A DNA stretch of 64,000 nucleotides from Escherichia phage PBM-3, in the sequence record PV053165. The stretch is one strand, 5' to 3'. Below are positions 1-9,487 of the stretch, one piece after another (the first letter of the stretch is position 1; each line of letters starts with the position of its first letter). The translations under genes and the position numbers were made by a program. The notes under the pieces were generated by a model. It worked only from the letters and a program-made list of their open reading frames with translations, did no database searches and was not told the DNA's origin.

Positions 1-615
1 AACACAGCTTCTCGCAGGATAGTTTACAACGGAAATGAACATCTGTTTCAGGGTGCTGATGTTAAGCCTTATAACGATAACGTCATTGCGCTTGGTGGAC
101 CAAGAAACCGTTTCACCACTGCATACCTCGGAAGTAACCCTATTGTTACTTCTAACGGGGAGAAGAAAACAGAGCCGGTAGTTTTTGATGATGCTTTCCT
201 GGATGCCTGGGGTGACGTTCACTACATCATGTACCAGTGGTTAGATGCTGTTCAACTGAAAGGTAATGATGCTCGTATTCACTTCGGGGTTATTGCTCAA
301 CAAATTCGTGATGTATTCATTGCACATGGTCTGATGGATGAAAACAGTACGAATTGTCGTTATGCTGTTCTGTGCTATGACAAGTATCCACGGATGACCG
401 ATACGGTATTTTCACACAATGAAATCGTTGAACATACTGACGAGGAGGGTAATGTCACTACTACGGAAGAACCTGTATACACCGAGGTGGTTATTCATGA
501 AGAGGGTGAGGAGTGGGGTGTTCGGCCTGACGGAATTTTCTTTGCTGAAGCCGCTTATCAGAGAAGAAAACTGGAAAGAATCGAAGCCAGACTTTCTGCT
601 CTTGAACAGAAGTAA
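1..615 (+). CDS. Tail fibre/tailspike protein, C-terminal fragment (5' end outside window)
   Basis: Frame 1 is open from nt 1 to stop at 613-615. The C-terminal ~130 aa (DAWGDV...HFGVIAQQIRD...AEAAYQRRKLERIEARL) are clearly homologous to the C-terminus of the next ORF; this resembles an intramolecular-chaperone (peptidase S74-like) fibre domain. Confidence 0.5.
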   Translation, partial: NTASRRIVYNGNEHLFQGADVKPYNDNVIALGGPRNRFTTAYLGSNPIVTSNGEKKTEPVVFDDAFLDAWGDVHYIMYQWLDAVQLKGNDARIHFGVIAQQIRDVFIAHGLMDENSTNCRYAVLCYDKYPRMTDTVFSHNEIVEHTDEEGNVTTTEEPVYTEVVIHEEGEEWGVRPDGIFFAEAAYQRRKLERIEARLSALEQK

Positions 616-799
616 TAAACAAAACCATTTTGCCATTAAGTTGGTGGAGGGGTGGATACGGTATTAGTTATGAGAAATCTCCCGTACTTAAGTGTGCATT
701 TCTTCGTCGGCAATTGGAAAAATTTAAATAATCTTCCAATGTGTACATAAGGATATATTCGGCAAGGACGCCATTAACCAGAAAAACAAAGAGGTTCTT

Positions 800-3478
800 A
801 TGAACGAAATGTTCTCACAAGGTGGTAAAGGCTCCACTGGTATTCTTACCAACAAACAAGCCATTGCCCGTAAGTTTGGTGTTAAGCAGAATGAGGTTGT
901 TTACTTCTCAGTTGGTGCATTACTCGATGGCTACAAAGTTATTTATGACAAGGTAACTCAGCGAGCATATTCCTTACCAGCTAACCTTGGTTCTGAGGTT
1001 ACTGCTGTAAGTCTTAGTACTGCTGGGGTATTGGTCCACTCTGCTGGTAATGTGGACTTAGGTGCATTGGCTGTTACTCGTGAAGAGTATGTGACCTTGC
1101 CTGGTTCATTTGATACCGGTGTAACAGTTAATACTAAGAATGAATTAGTTGTCTTTACCGATGGTAAGTATCGCTGGGATGGCGAGCTGCCTAAAGTAGT
1201 GCCCGCTGGTTCAACTCCAGACAGCACGGGTGAGGTTAAATTAGGAGCGTGGGTTAGTGTTGGTGATGCGTCATTGCGCGCCGATATTGCAAAACCAACC
1301 GGAACAAATTTAATTGGCGCAAAAAACGGGGAAACACTGTCTACAGTCCTGGGTAGTCGTTGGGCTAATTCGGGCGCAGATAAAAAAGAAATTCGTTTTG
1401 ACCTGCCATTACTATTCCCAGATTACGATGCGATTCTGGCGGCACACCCTGACTGGACGTTTATTTATCCAGGGTCATTCTGTATCGGGGATGATGGCAA
1501 AATCTATATTGCATACGGCCCAAGTAATAACGCAGCGACGGAACGTTTCGTTGTAGTTTACTCAGGGGAAGGTGAATACTTAGGGTATCTCCAGACTAAT
1601 AATGGAGGCACTGGGGTAAATGGTTCTGCGGTATCCGAAGGGATTATCGTAACCAATTACTATGGTTCACTTAAGTTATTCCTGGGGTCTTACGATGGTA
1701 ACTTAGCTGAGTTTGATATCTCAGCGGTGACCTACGGCACCACGATTAGCTATACAGCCTTGCATCAGGTAGGTCTGTATAACCAGTTCTCCTTCCACAA
1801 TGGAATGTGGGCAGTTGAACAGGCCATCCCAGCGTTGGGCATTAACCGCCAACGTAATGCTATTGCGTACTTCAACTCCGCATTTGCATTAACTGGCTTC
1901 ACGGAATTTTCTCCGTATGACGCTGGATACATCACGGCAACTACTACTGATTATGGGTCACTTCAAACTAAGCGACAAGCAATCTGTTTAGCTCCTGGTG
2001 TTTTGATTATGGCATTCGGTGGTGTGTACATTACAGGAACAACTGTAGAAGCGCCTACTAATTATCAGGGGGTAAAAGCGTTCAGCACCGATGGGCACAA
2101 AATGGTAGAGGCAGTAATTCCTCCTACTGGTTTTATTAGTGTCCTGGATGCTAAAGGCTTAACGACTTCTCGTATAGAGAATGAGGGCATCTGCTATTCA
2201 AATGGTGAAGTGTTCACCTTATGGATCTATAACGACCGAACCACCTCGAATGCGTATACGCATGGAATCCTAATTACCAAAGAGTATTCCAATTTCCCGG
2301 ACTTGGATTTTTCTGCGGTGACAACGGTATCCCCAGGTTACGATACCATTCGGATGGCTTCTGGGGTTTATCCACGAATACTCGCAGGCGACGTACTCTA
2401 TAACCCTCTGACCGGTATTGCCATGACTTCATTGTCAGCAGTATTGGACTTTATGCGGTTGTCCGGGCAGAAGGCAGTTACTATCTATACATCAAGCACC
2501 GGTCTTACAGACCTGGCTGGAGTTGCCTACCCAATCGGGATAGAGCTTCATATTAGCAACCTGAATAACCAGAGCTTCTCTATAGATCAGACCGGGCCAA
2601 CTACCCGTAAAACTGTTCGTGTTACTTATGACACCTCCGGTTACACAGTAGTTACTGCGGCTACTGGTTTGGAGACTTACCGTTTAACTTTAAACAATAC
2701 TGACTCTGGGTCTTTAACTCAGGGGCGTATCGCTGCCAGAGCTTTCGGTAACACAACTTTAACCGAAGCAGAACAGATTCTTGTCCTCGATCAACAAAGT
2801 TCCGCATCTGCACATTCTCTTATTTTAGGTGGCGGCTCTTCATTATTTAAGAGTGCTACGACTATTAGTTTTGCTACTAATCCGTCGCCCGCAACCCTAG
2901 GTGGCACTATTCGATGGCGTTTAGATGATACATCTCTACGTCCATACACAGATAATGCTTACAATTTAGGTAATCCATCATTACGTGTGGCTCAAGTATT
3001 CGCGGCAATTGGTACTATTAATACGTCTGATTCCCGTGAAAAAACTGATCCTTCTGAAATATCGGATGATATCCTTGATGCCTGGGGCGATGTACAGGTG
3101 ATCACTTATAAGTGGTTAGCTTCTATCGCATCTAAAGGGGAGGACTCTGCTCGTTGGCATTTTGGGGTAATTGCCCAACAGGTTCGTGACACGTTCATCA
3201 AGCATGGATTGGATGGTACTGCCTTTGGCCTGCTTTGTTACGACGAGTGGGAAGATGAATATGAACCTGAGTTCGTTGATGAGATTGTTACTGTTAATAT
3301 TGATGGTGTCGATACCGAAGTTACCCGTCAAGTGGAAACCGGTAATACCCTACTTACTAGAGCTGCCGGTAATCGCTGGGGCATTCGTCCCGATCAGTGT
3401 TTCTGGTTGGAGGCCGCTTATCAGCGACGCCGCTGTGATCGTATTGAAGAGCGATTAAAAAAACTGGAGGCTAAGTAA
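800..3478 (+). CDS. Tail fibre/tailspike protein (892 aa) with C-terminal chaperone-like domain
   Basis: RBS AAAGAGG upstream of ATG at 800. Large Gly/Thr/Ser-rich body; C-terminus has an SDSREKTD...DAWGDV...HFGVIAQQVRD...EAAYQRRRCDRIEERL module shared with the upstream ORF. Position in the late operon. Confidence 0.6.
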   Translation: MNEMFSQGGKGSTGILTNKQAIARKFGVKQNEVVYFSVGALLDGYKVIYDKVTQRAYSLPANLGSEVTAVSLSTAGVLVHSAGNVDLGALAVTREEYVTLPGSFDTGVTVNTKNELVVFTDGKYRWDGELPKVVPAGSTPDSTGEVKLGAWVSVGDASLRADIAKPTGTNLIGAKNGETLSTVLGSRWANSGADKKEIRFDLPLLFPDYDAILAAHPDWTFIYPGSFCIGDDGKIYIAYGPSNNAATERFVVVYSGEGEYLGYLQTNNGGTGVNGSAVSEGIIVTNYYGSLKLFLGSYDGNLAEFDISAVTYGTTISYTALHQVGLYNQFSFHNGMWAVEQAIPALGINRQRNAIAYFNSAFALTGFTEFSPYDAGYITATTTDYGSLQTKRQAICLAPGVLIMAFGGVYITGTTVEAPTNYQGVKAFSTDGHKMVEAVIPPTGFISVLDAKGLTTSRIENEGICYSNGEVFTLWIYNDRTTSNAYTHGILITKEYSNFPDLDFSAVTTVSPGYDTIRMASGVYPRILAGDVLYNPLTGIAMTSLSAVLDFMRLSGQKAVTIYTSSTGLTDLAGVAYPIGIELHISNLNNQSFSIDQTGPTTRKTVRVTYDTSGYTVVTAATGLETYRLTLNNTDSGSLTQGRIAARAFGNTTLTEAEQILVLDQQSSASAHSLILGGGSSLFKSATTISFATNPSPATLGGTIRWRLDDTSLRPYTDNAYNLGNPSLRVAQVFAAIGTINTSDSREKTDPSEISDDILDAWGDVQVITYKWLASIASKGEDSARWHFGVIAQQVRDTFIKHGLDGTAFGLLCYDEWEDEYEPEFVDEIVTVNIDGVDTEVTRQVETGNTLLTRAAGNRWGIRPDQCFWLEAAYQRRRCDRIEERLKKLEAK

Positions 3479-3706
3479 TGCATGATTTTCCCCATTATTA
3501 CATGCGGGGGCCGCTGTCATTATCCAAAGCGGAATTGGCATTGTGTTAGGTATGTGGGGTGCAGGAGGCGCGCCAATATACCTTGGTGGGGTGGATTCGA
3601 CTGGCGAGCATGGGACTTACCTAGTCTATTGGATTAGTTAGTACCAGTGTTAGCATATACTGTAGTTTGGGTTATTACGGCTTATATTTCCTAACAATAA
3701 TCACTA

Positions 3707-3734
3707 AACCCCGCTTCGGCGGGGTTAGTTTTAT
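3707..3734 (+). terminator. Rho-independent terminator-like hairpin after the tail fibre gene
   Basis: AACCCCGC-TTCG-GCGGGGTT stem-loop followed by AGTTTTAT. Confidence 0.55.
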
Positions 3735-3915
3735 CATCAAAACGGAATATCGTCATCGAAGTCCATCGGAGGCTCATTACCTCCTTGTGGGTTTTGAGGA
3801 TTTGGTAGGACTACATTCTATACCTGGATGCCTTTAATTATATTAAGTATTATCTAATGGTCATCTTATGATATGACCCTATTGGGGTTCCTAACTACAT
3901 AACTACGGTAATCTT

Positions 3916-4245
3916 ATGAATGAATCGGGTGAACTGCTTCTAGTCAGACTGGAGGAACGATTGAAGACTCTGTTTGAGAACCAGACAAGGGACAGACAGG
4001 ACCGTGAGAAACTGGAGGAAACTCTGGGAGAACTACGGGATTCAATCAATGACATAGGTAATAGACTGAAAAATGTGGAGGATAGCTTAGCTAAGAATGA
4101 ACCTACTATTGAAGAGTTCATCACCATTAAGCATAAAGTCGTTGGTGCTGGAATTTTTGGTAAGTGGGTGTGGGCTGGGGCAGGTGCAATTATTGGTGTA
4201 TTGGCTGCTGCAAGACGGGAGATATTCGCATGGTTCGCAGGCTAA
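3916..4245 (+). CDS. Coiled-coil protein with C-terminal transmembrane segment (lysis-associated candidate)
   Basis: N-terminal charged coiled-coil region, then hydrophobic Gly/Ala-rich C-terminus (VVGAGIFGKWVWAGAGAIIGVLAAA). Lies just upstream of the holin/endolysin genes. Confidence 0.3.
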   Translation: MNESGELLLVRLEERLKTLFENQTRDRQDREKLEETLGELRDSINDIGNRLKNVEDSLAKNEPTIEEFITIKHKVVGAGIFGKWVWAGAGAIIGVLAAARREIFAWFAG

Positions 4246-4490
4246 AAAGAAAAGTAGAGTTAGTACCTAACTGGAAAAGATGTTGGAAGTGGGCATCCAT
4301 TCAGATTAGTACACTTGGTTTAGTTTTATTTTCCGCTATAGATGTTATCCAACCAATGATGACAGGGTTACCTCGTCACATCCTGGAAGATATTCCACAT
4401 GGTTCCAATATTGCAATCGTACTGTTTGCCTTAAATATCATAGGCAGGTTAGTACGATTCCGTCCAAAGGAAAATTCTCATGAAAGCTAA
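4230..4490 (+). CDS. Putative holin (two predicted TM helices)
   Basis: ATG at 4230 preceded by GGGAGA. Basic N-terminus, two hydrophobic helices (ISTLGLVLFSAIDVI; IAIVLFALNIIGRLV). Overlaps the start of the endolysin gene. Confidence 0.4.
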   Translation: MVRRLKRKVELVPNWKRCWKWASIQISTLGLVLFSAIDVIQPMMTGLPRHILEDIPHGSNIAIVLFALNIIGRLVRFRPKENSHES

Positions 4491-5115
4491 ACAGAAACTT
4501 GCTGCGAAAGGTGGTGCAGTGGGAGGGGTTGTCGCTGCTATTCTGGGGGCAGTGTTCTATATGGAAGGGGGTTACGTAAACAATCCTCGTGACCCAGGTG
4601 GGGAAACTAATCATGGTATTACCCAATCAGTAGCTAAGACTCATAAAGAAGTTCTGGCTACTGAGTATGGTTGGGATGGTTCTATGAAGGGTTTATCTAA
4701 AGAGATGGCTGCTGAGATATACATTGATGACTATGTACTTAAACCTAACTTCGTAGCCTTCGCTGATATATCTCCTGCTGTAACGCATAAGCTAGTAGAT
4801 GCTGGTGTTAATACTGGTGTAACCCGTCCTGCTAAGTGGTTGCAGATGTCTCTTAATGAAATGTCACGTAATGGCAAAGACTACCCTAAAATACAGGTTG
4901 ATGGTAAAGTCGGTACAAGTACTGTTAATGCATATAAAGCATTACAGAAAAAACGGGGCAAAGTTGCAGCATGTCAGGTAATGATTAAGCTGCTTGATGC
5001 TAAACAACTGAACCACTATACCTCATTAAACATGCCAGACTTTACGTATGGTTGGGTAGCTAACCGAATAGGCAATGTGCCACTGGAGGCATGTAATGAA
5101 GATGCTAATCTCTAA
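4480..5115 (+). CDS. Endolysin, GH108-type muramidase with C-terminal peptidoglycan-binding domain; possible SAR-type N-terminus
   Basis: EGGYVNNPRDPGGETNHGIT matches the GH108 signature. N-terminus has a weakly hydrophobic Gly/Ala-rich segment (AAKGGAVGGVVAAILGAVF). RBS AAGGAAA before ATG. Confidence 0.75.
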   Translation: MKAKQKLAAKGGAVGGVVAAILGAVFYMEGGYVNNPRDPGGETNHGITQSVAKTHKEVLATEYGWDGSMKGLSKEMAAEIYIDDYVLKPNFVAFADISPAVTHKLVDAGVNTGVTRPAKWLQMSLNEMSRNGKDYPKIQVDGKVGTSTVNAYKALQKKRGKVAACQVMIKLLDAKQLNHYTSLNMPDFTYGWVANRIGNVPLEACNEDANL

Positions 5116-5602
5116 AGGTTGGCCTTATCTTCTGGTGGTGGTCCTTGGGGCCACCATTTACTTTTGGGGCAATTCCAATGGGCAGTCTACTGTTCAAAAG
5201 AAATGGGATGCCCAAAAGGTCGAAGACCAAAAGGCAACGCAAAAATTACAGGACAAATACAATGCTCTCCAAAGAAACCATAGTTATGAAGTCGGGTTAC
5301 TCACTTCCCGGTTGCAGACGGCTGAGAGTAATTACGCAAGCGAGCTTGCTCGCGTTAGCAGTGATTACGACAGCCGGATGCAACAGTCTGAAAGACGAGC
5401 ATCGGTATATAAACGTCAAGCCGAAGCCGGAACCCTTGAGTGCAGAAGTCTTGCAAGCCATGCAGCCAGACTCGACAATAGTCTTGAAGAAGGCAGACGT
5501 TTGGTTGAAGAACTCCGGGCAACTGTTAGACTCCGTGACAGCCAACTAATTGAGTTGGGTAAACAGATTCAGGCTGACCGTAAACTTTTTGAACAGGAAT
5601 AA
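5096..5602 (+). CDS. i-spanin (Rz-like)
   Basis: GGAGG 7 nt upstream of ATG at 5096. N-terminal TM ([16 protein letters not shown]) followed by a long charged coiled-coil; immediately after the endolysin. Confidence 0.6.
   Translation: MKMLISKGWPYLLVVVLGATIYFWGNSNGQSTVQKKWDAQKVEDQKATQKLQDKYNALQRNHSYEVGLLTSRLQTAESNYASELARVSSDYDSRMQQSERRASVYKRQAEAGTLECRSLASHAARLDNSLEEGRRLVEELRATVRLRDSQLIELGKQIQADRKLFEQE
5262..5549 (+). CDS. o-spanin (Rz1-like), embedded in the +1 frame of the i-spanin gene
   Basis: Lipoprotein-type signal ending in lipobox-like TTAGC ([12 protein letters not shown]) and a Pro-containing mature part; lies entirely inside the Rz-like ORF in another frame. Confidence 0.55.
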   Translation: MLSKETIVMKSGYSLPGCRRLRVITQASLLALAVITTAGCNSLKDEHRYINVKPKPEPLSAEVLQAMQPDSTIVLKKADVWLKNSGQLLDSVTAN

Positions 5603-5604
5603 CT

Positions 5605-5874
5605 ATGGAACACCAAGACACTTTTAAGCCTTTACCAGACCCGGCTCAATCAGAGAAGTTAACGGACTGGAAGAAGGAACCAAGTATCCAATTACTGAAG
5701 GGTGATTTGGAATCTGCTAAACCTGCTCACGATGCAATCATGGCACAGATTCGTGAGTGGAATGATTTAATGGAAGTAAAGGGTAAGGCTAAACCCCCAA
5801 AGGTTAAGGGACGCTCGCAAGTCCAGCCTAGACTGGTTCGGTCAGGCAGAGTGGCGTTATGCTCCATTGTCTGA
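5605..5874 (+). CDS. Short ORF, probably the N-terminal part of the portal gene separated by a frameshift
   Basis: ATG at 5605 with AGGAA RBS directly after the spanin stop. Its 3' end overlaps the frame-2 portal ORF, which is open from 5780 but has no ATG/GTG start of its own before the TTG at 5867. Confidence 0.35.
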   Translation: MEHQDTFKPLPDPAQSEKLTDWKKEPSIQLLKGDLESAKPAHDAIMAQIREWNDLMEVKGKAKPPKVKGRSQVQPRLVRSGRVALCSIV

Positions 5875-7873
5875 ACCATTCCTCTCGTCTAACAAACTAT
5901 TTAAGGTAACTCCGGTTACTTTTGAAGATGAGTTAGCTGCACGCCAGAATGAGCTAGTTCTTAACTACCAATTCCGTACTCAGCTTAATAAAGTAAAACT
6001 GGTAGATGATTACGTGCATAGTGTCGTAGATGACGGTACTGGTATTGCTCGTATCGGTTGGGAACGTAAGACTATTAAGATTAAAACAGAAACTCCAGTC
6101 TTCCAGTTGTATCCAATTGAGAACCAGGAACAAGCAGATGTTCTCCAACAGGCTTTGCAGCTTCAGGCAGAGAATCCCCGTGAGTATGACGAAACAATGC
6201 CAGAAGATATCAAAGAAGCTGTTAACTACTTCAATGAAACTGGAGAAGCTACTTATGCAATTCAGACAGGGGTCACTGAAGTAGAAGTAGAAAAAGCACT
6301 GGTTAACAGACCTACCGTTGAAATGCTTAATCCTAATAACGTAGTTATTGACCCGAGCTGCAATGGTGATTTGGATAAGGCTCTGTATGCAGTCATTTCC
6401 TTTGAGACTTGCAAAGCAGACCTTATGAAAAACAAAGACCGTTATCACAACCTAGATAAAATTGACTGGGAGAGTTCCAGCCCCATTACTGACCCAGACC
6501 ATGAAAGTAAAACCCCTAGCGATTTCCAGTTTAAGGATGCACTTCGTAAGAAGGTAGTTGCTTATGAGTACTGGGGATTCTACGACATCAATGATGATGG
6601 TTCACTGGAACCAATTGTTGCTACCTGGATTGGTTCTACTCTTATTCGTATGGAGAAGAACCCATTCCCAGATGGTAAGTTACCATTGGTAGTTGTTCCT
6701 TATATGCCTCGTAAACGTGAACTCTATGGTGAAGCTGATGCTGAATTGCTAGGAGATAACCAAGCAATTCTTGGTGCAACCATGCGTGGGATGATTGACC
6801 TGTTGGGCCGAAGTGCAAATGGTCAACGTGGTTATCCTAAAGGGATGTTAGATACCTTGAACCGTCGTCGATACGATGATGGACAAGACTACGAATATAA
6901 CCCAATGCAGGGCAATCCTAGTCAGGCCATTATGGAACACAAGTTCCCTGAGTTACCCCAGTCGGCAATAGTAATGACTCAGATGCAAAACCAGGAAGCA
7001 GAAGCACTAACGGGTGTTAAAGCATTCTCGGGTGGTGTAACTGGTGAAGCTTACGGAGATGTAGCTGCTGGTATTCGTGGTGTACTAGATGCAGCATCCA
7101 AACGTGAGATGGCAATCCTTCGTCGATTAGCTAAGGGTATGGCAGACATTGGTACTAAGATTTGTGCAATGAATGCTGTGTTCTTATCTGAGAAAGAAGT
7201 AGTACGTATTACTAACGAGCAGTACGTAGAGATTAACCGTGAAGACCTTAAAGGTAATTTCGACATTGAAGTTGATATTAATACTGCTGAGATTGATAAC
7301 CAGAAATCCCAGGACTTGAGCTTCATGGTTCAAACGTTAGGTAATACGGTTGACCAGACTATTACGTTATCTCTTGTAGCTAAGATTGCAGAACTTAAAC
7401 GTATGCCAGACCTTGCTCATGAGTTACGTACATGGCAACCACAACCAGACCCTATGGAAGAACAGCTTAAGCAATTGGCAATTCAGAAAGCACAGCTTGA
7501 GAACGAAGAGCTGCAAAGTAAGATTGCACTCAATATGGCTAAGGCTAAAGAGGCTGCTTCTAGTGGTGACCTTAAAGATCTGGATTATCTGGAACAGGAA
7601 TCTGGTACTAAACATGCTCGTGACATGGAAAAACAAAAAGCACAATCTCAAGGAAACCAGAATCTTCAGATAACTAAGGCGTTGACAACACCTACTAAAG
7701 AAGGTGAAACTACCCCCAACATATCTGCTGCTGTTGGATATAACGCTTTGACTAATGGGAACTCTATACCAGAACGTGACTTAGCTGCACAACAAGACCC
7801 AGCTTATTCACTTAGTTCCCAATTCTATGACCCTAGCCAAGACCCAGCATCGGCTCTTGGCATGAACTTGTAA
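5867..7873 (+). CDS. Portal protein (main body)
   Basis: 668-aa ORF between the lysis module and the scaffold/capsid genes, with an acidic C-terminus. Assigned as portal from size and position in an N4-like late operon. Confidence 0.55.
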   Translation: MSEPFLSSNKLFKVTPVTFEDELAARQNELVLNYQFRTQLNKVKLVDDYVHSVVDDGTGIARIGWERKTIKIKTETPVFQLYPIENQEQADVLQQALQLQAENPREYDETMPEDIKEAVNYFNETGEATYAIQTGVTEVEVEKALVNRPTVEMLNPNNVVIDPSCNGDLDKALYAVISFETCKADLMKNKDRYHNLDKIDWESSSPITDPDHESKTPSDFQFKDALRKKVVAYEYWGFYDINDDGSLEPIVATWIGSTLIRMEKNPFPDGKLPLVVVPYMPRKRELYGEADAELLGDNQAILGATMRGMIDLLGRSANGQRGYPKGMLDTLNRRRYDDGQDYEYNPMQGNPSQAIMEHKFPELPQSAIVMTQMQNQEAEALTGVKAFSGGVTGEAYGDVAAGIRGVLDAASKREMAILRRLAKGMADIGTKICAMNAVFLSEKEVVRITNEQYVEINREDLKGNFDIEVDINTAEIDNQKSQDLSFMVQTLGNTVDQTITLSLVAKIAELKRMPDLAHELRTWQPQPDPMEEQLKQLAIQKAQLENEELQSKIALNMAKAKEAASSGDLKDLDYLEQESGTKHARDMEKQKAQSQGNQNLQITKALTTPTKEGETTPNISAAVGYNALTNGNSIPERDLAAQQDPAYSLSSQFYDPSQDPASALGMNL

Positions 7874-7886
7874 GGCAGACCTTCAC

Positions 7887-8231
7887 ATGAGTAAAGAATC
7901 AACAATCGCAGGACTGGAACATCGACTGGAAGCTGCTAAAGGTGCAGTTGCACACGCAGAAGATGTACGTAAACTTTTGGAGTATCCACTGTTCCGTAAA
8001 GTAATTCTTCGTCAGTTCTGTGTGGAAGATTGTGCACGTTACGTGCAGGAGTCTGGTGACCCACTGCTTGAACCTAATAACCGTGCAGATGCATTGAACA
8101 TGGCTCAAGCTGCTGGTCACTTACGTCGTTGGCTCGACCTCGCCATTCGTATGGGCGAAAACGAAGCTGACGTTATTCTTCAGGTAGAAGAAGAACTCGA
8201 TGCAGTTCGTGCTGAACCTGAAGATGAATAA
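7887..8231 (+). CDS. Hypothetical head-assembly protein
   Basis: 114-aa ORF between portal and putative scaffold; no recognisable motif. Confidence 0.4.
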   Translation: MSKESTIAGLEHRLEAAKGAVAHAEDVRKLLEYPLFRKVILRQFCVEDCARYVQESGDPLLEPNNRADALNMAQAAGHLRRWLDLAIRMGENEADVILQVEEELDAVRAEPEDE

Positions 8232-8250
8232 TTAACCGGAGATATTTCCT

Positions 8251-9471
8251 ATGACTACGGAAGCTGCAACCACAGCTTCCGACATTCTCGCAATGTCGGA
8301 TGATGAGATTCTGAATATGGAAGCCCCAGCAGTTATCGCTGAGGAAGATACTTCCACTCAGAACAACCCAGAAACCAACGGCGTACAGACTCCTGATGAA
8401 GAAGTTGACACCTCTGCTGTTGAAGACCTACCAACCGAAGAAACCTCCCCTGAAACCGAACCAGTTGAAGAAGATGCAGCAAATTCTTTAACTTCTGATA
8501 AAGTTGATGATAAAGTTGTTGACACAGAAGTTGATAGTAACGGTAAGCCGATTACTAAAGCTGAACCTTCTACTGCTGAACCCGGCCAGGAACAGAAAGA
8601 AGAAGGCAAACAGTCTGAAGGTCTGCCTGCTGACTTCAACTATAAGGAAGGTTACGAGAAGTTGATGGCTCCTTTTAAAGCTAACGGCAAAATGATTACT
8701 CCCCGTTCACCGGAGGAGGCCATTAGCCTGATGCAGATGGGTGCTAACTATACTCGCAAAATGCAAGAACTACAGCCATACCGTAAGGTAATGCTGATGT
8801 TACAGAACAACGGTTTAATGGATGAGGACAAACTCTCTTTCCTGATTGACCTGGATAAGAAGAATCCTGAGGCCATTAAGAAGTTGCTCAAAGACTCTGG
8901 TACAGACCCTCTGGACTTTAACCCAGATGAGGAAATTAACTACCAGGGTGGCAATCACCGTGTTACCGACACCGAAGCAGATTTTGCAACCGAAATTGAC
9001 GACTTAAAGTCTACTCAAGAAGGACAAGCTACATTAGGTGTTATTGGCTCGACATGGGATGCTGCCAGTAAAGATGCTCTTTATCAGAATCGTGGCTTAC
9101 TCCATACGATTCACGAACAGCGTGAGAATGGTATTTATGACACCATTGCTAACGAAGTGAATCGTCTTCAGATGTTAGGTCAGATTCCGGTAGGTACTCC
9201 GTTCATTCAGGCTTATAACTACGTTGGCAACCTCCTTGCACAACAGGGAGCATTTAACCAAGTAGCTAAGCCTGAGCCGGTACAAGCAGTTAAACCAGCA
9301 GTTCAGCCGGTAGTGCGTGTAGCACAACCTAAGCAGACTCTGGCTAACAGTGAGCAAGCTAAAGCAGCTTCCCTTAATCGGGCTGCTACACGCAAAGCAA
9401 CACCTATTGTAAACCCACTCGCTATGAGTGATGAAGATTTCGCTAAACTCCCAGTACCGGGTAGTCTTTAA
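8251..9471 (+). CDS. Putative scaffolding protein (acidic, low complexity)
   Basis: Strongly acidic Glu/Asp/Thr-rich N-terminal half; lies immediately upstream of the major capsid gene. RBS GGAGA. Confidence 0.35.
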   Translation: MTTEAATTASDILAMSDDEILNMEAPAVIAEEDTSTQNNPETNGVQTPDEEVDTSAVEDLPTEETSPETEPVEEDAANSLTSDKVDDKVVDTEVDSNGKPITKAEPSTAEPGQEQKEEGKQSEGLPADFNYKEGYEKLMAPFKANGKMITPRSPEEAISLMQMGANYTRKMQELQPYRKVMLMLQNNGLMDEDKLSFLIDLDKKNPEAIKKLLKDSGTDPLDFNPDEEINYQGGNHRVTDTEADFATEIDDLKSTQEGQATLGVIGSTWDAASKDALYQNRGLLHTIHEQRENGIYDTIANEVNRLQMLGQIPVGTPFIQAYNYVGNLLAQQGAFNQVAKPEPVQAVKPAVQPVVRVAQPKQTLANSEQAKAASLNRAATRKATPIVNPLAMSDEDFAKLPVPGSL

Positions 9472-9487
9472 ACAGGAATAATACGAT

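Noticed and set aside
616-799. Possible sigma70-like late promoter upstream of the tail fibre gene (TTGGTG ... TATTAG)
   Set aside because: Match to -35/-10 consensus is weak and spacing uncertain; not reportable without transcript mapping.
958-3458. Short ORFs antisense or out of frame inside the tail fibre gene (e.g. 958..1227, 1314..1556, 3171..3458)
   Set aside because: Embedded in a long well-supported ORF; no RBS and no recognisable features.
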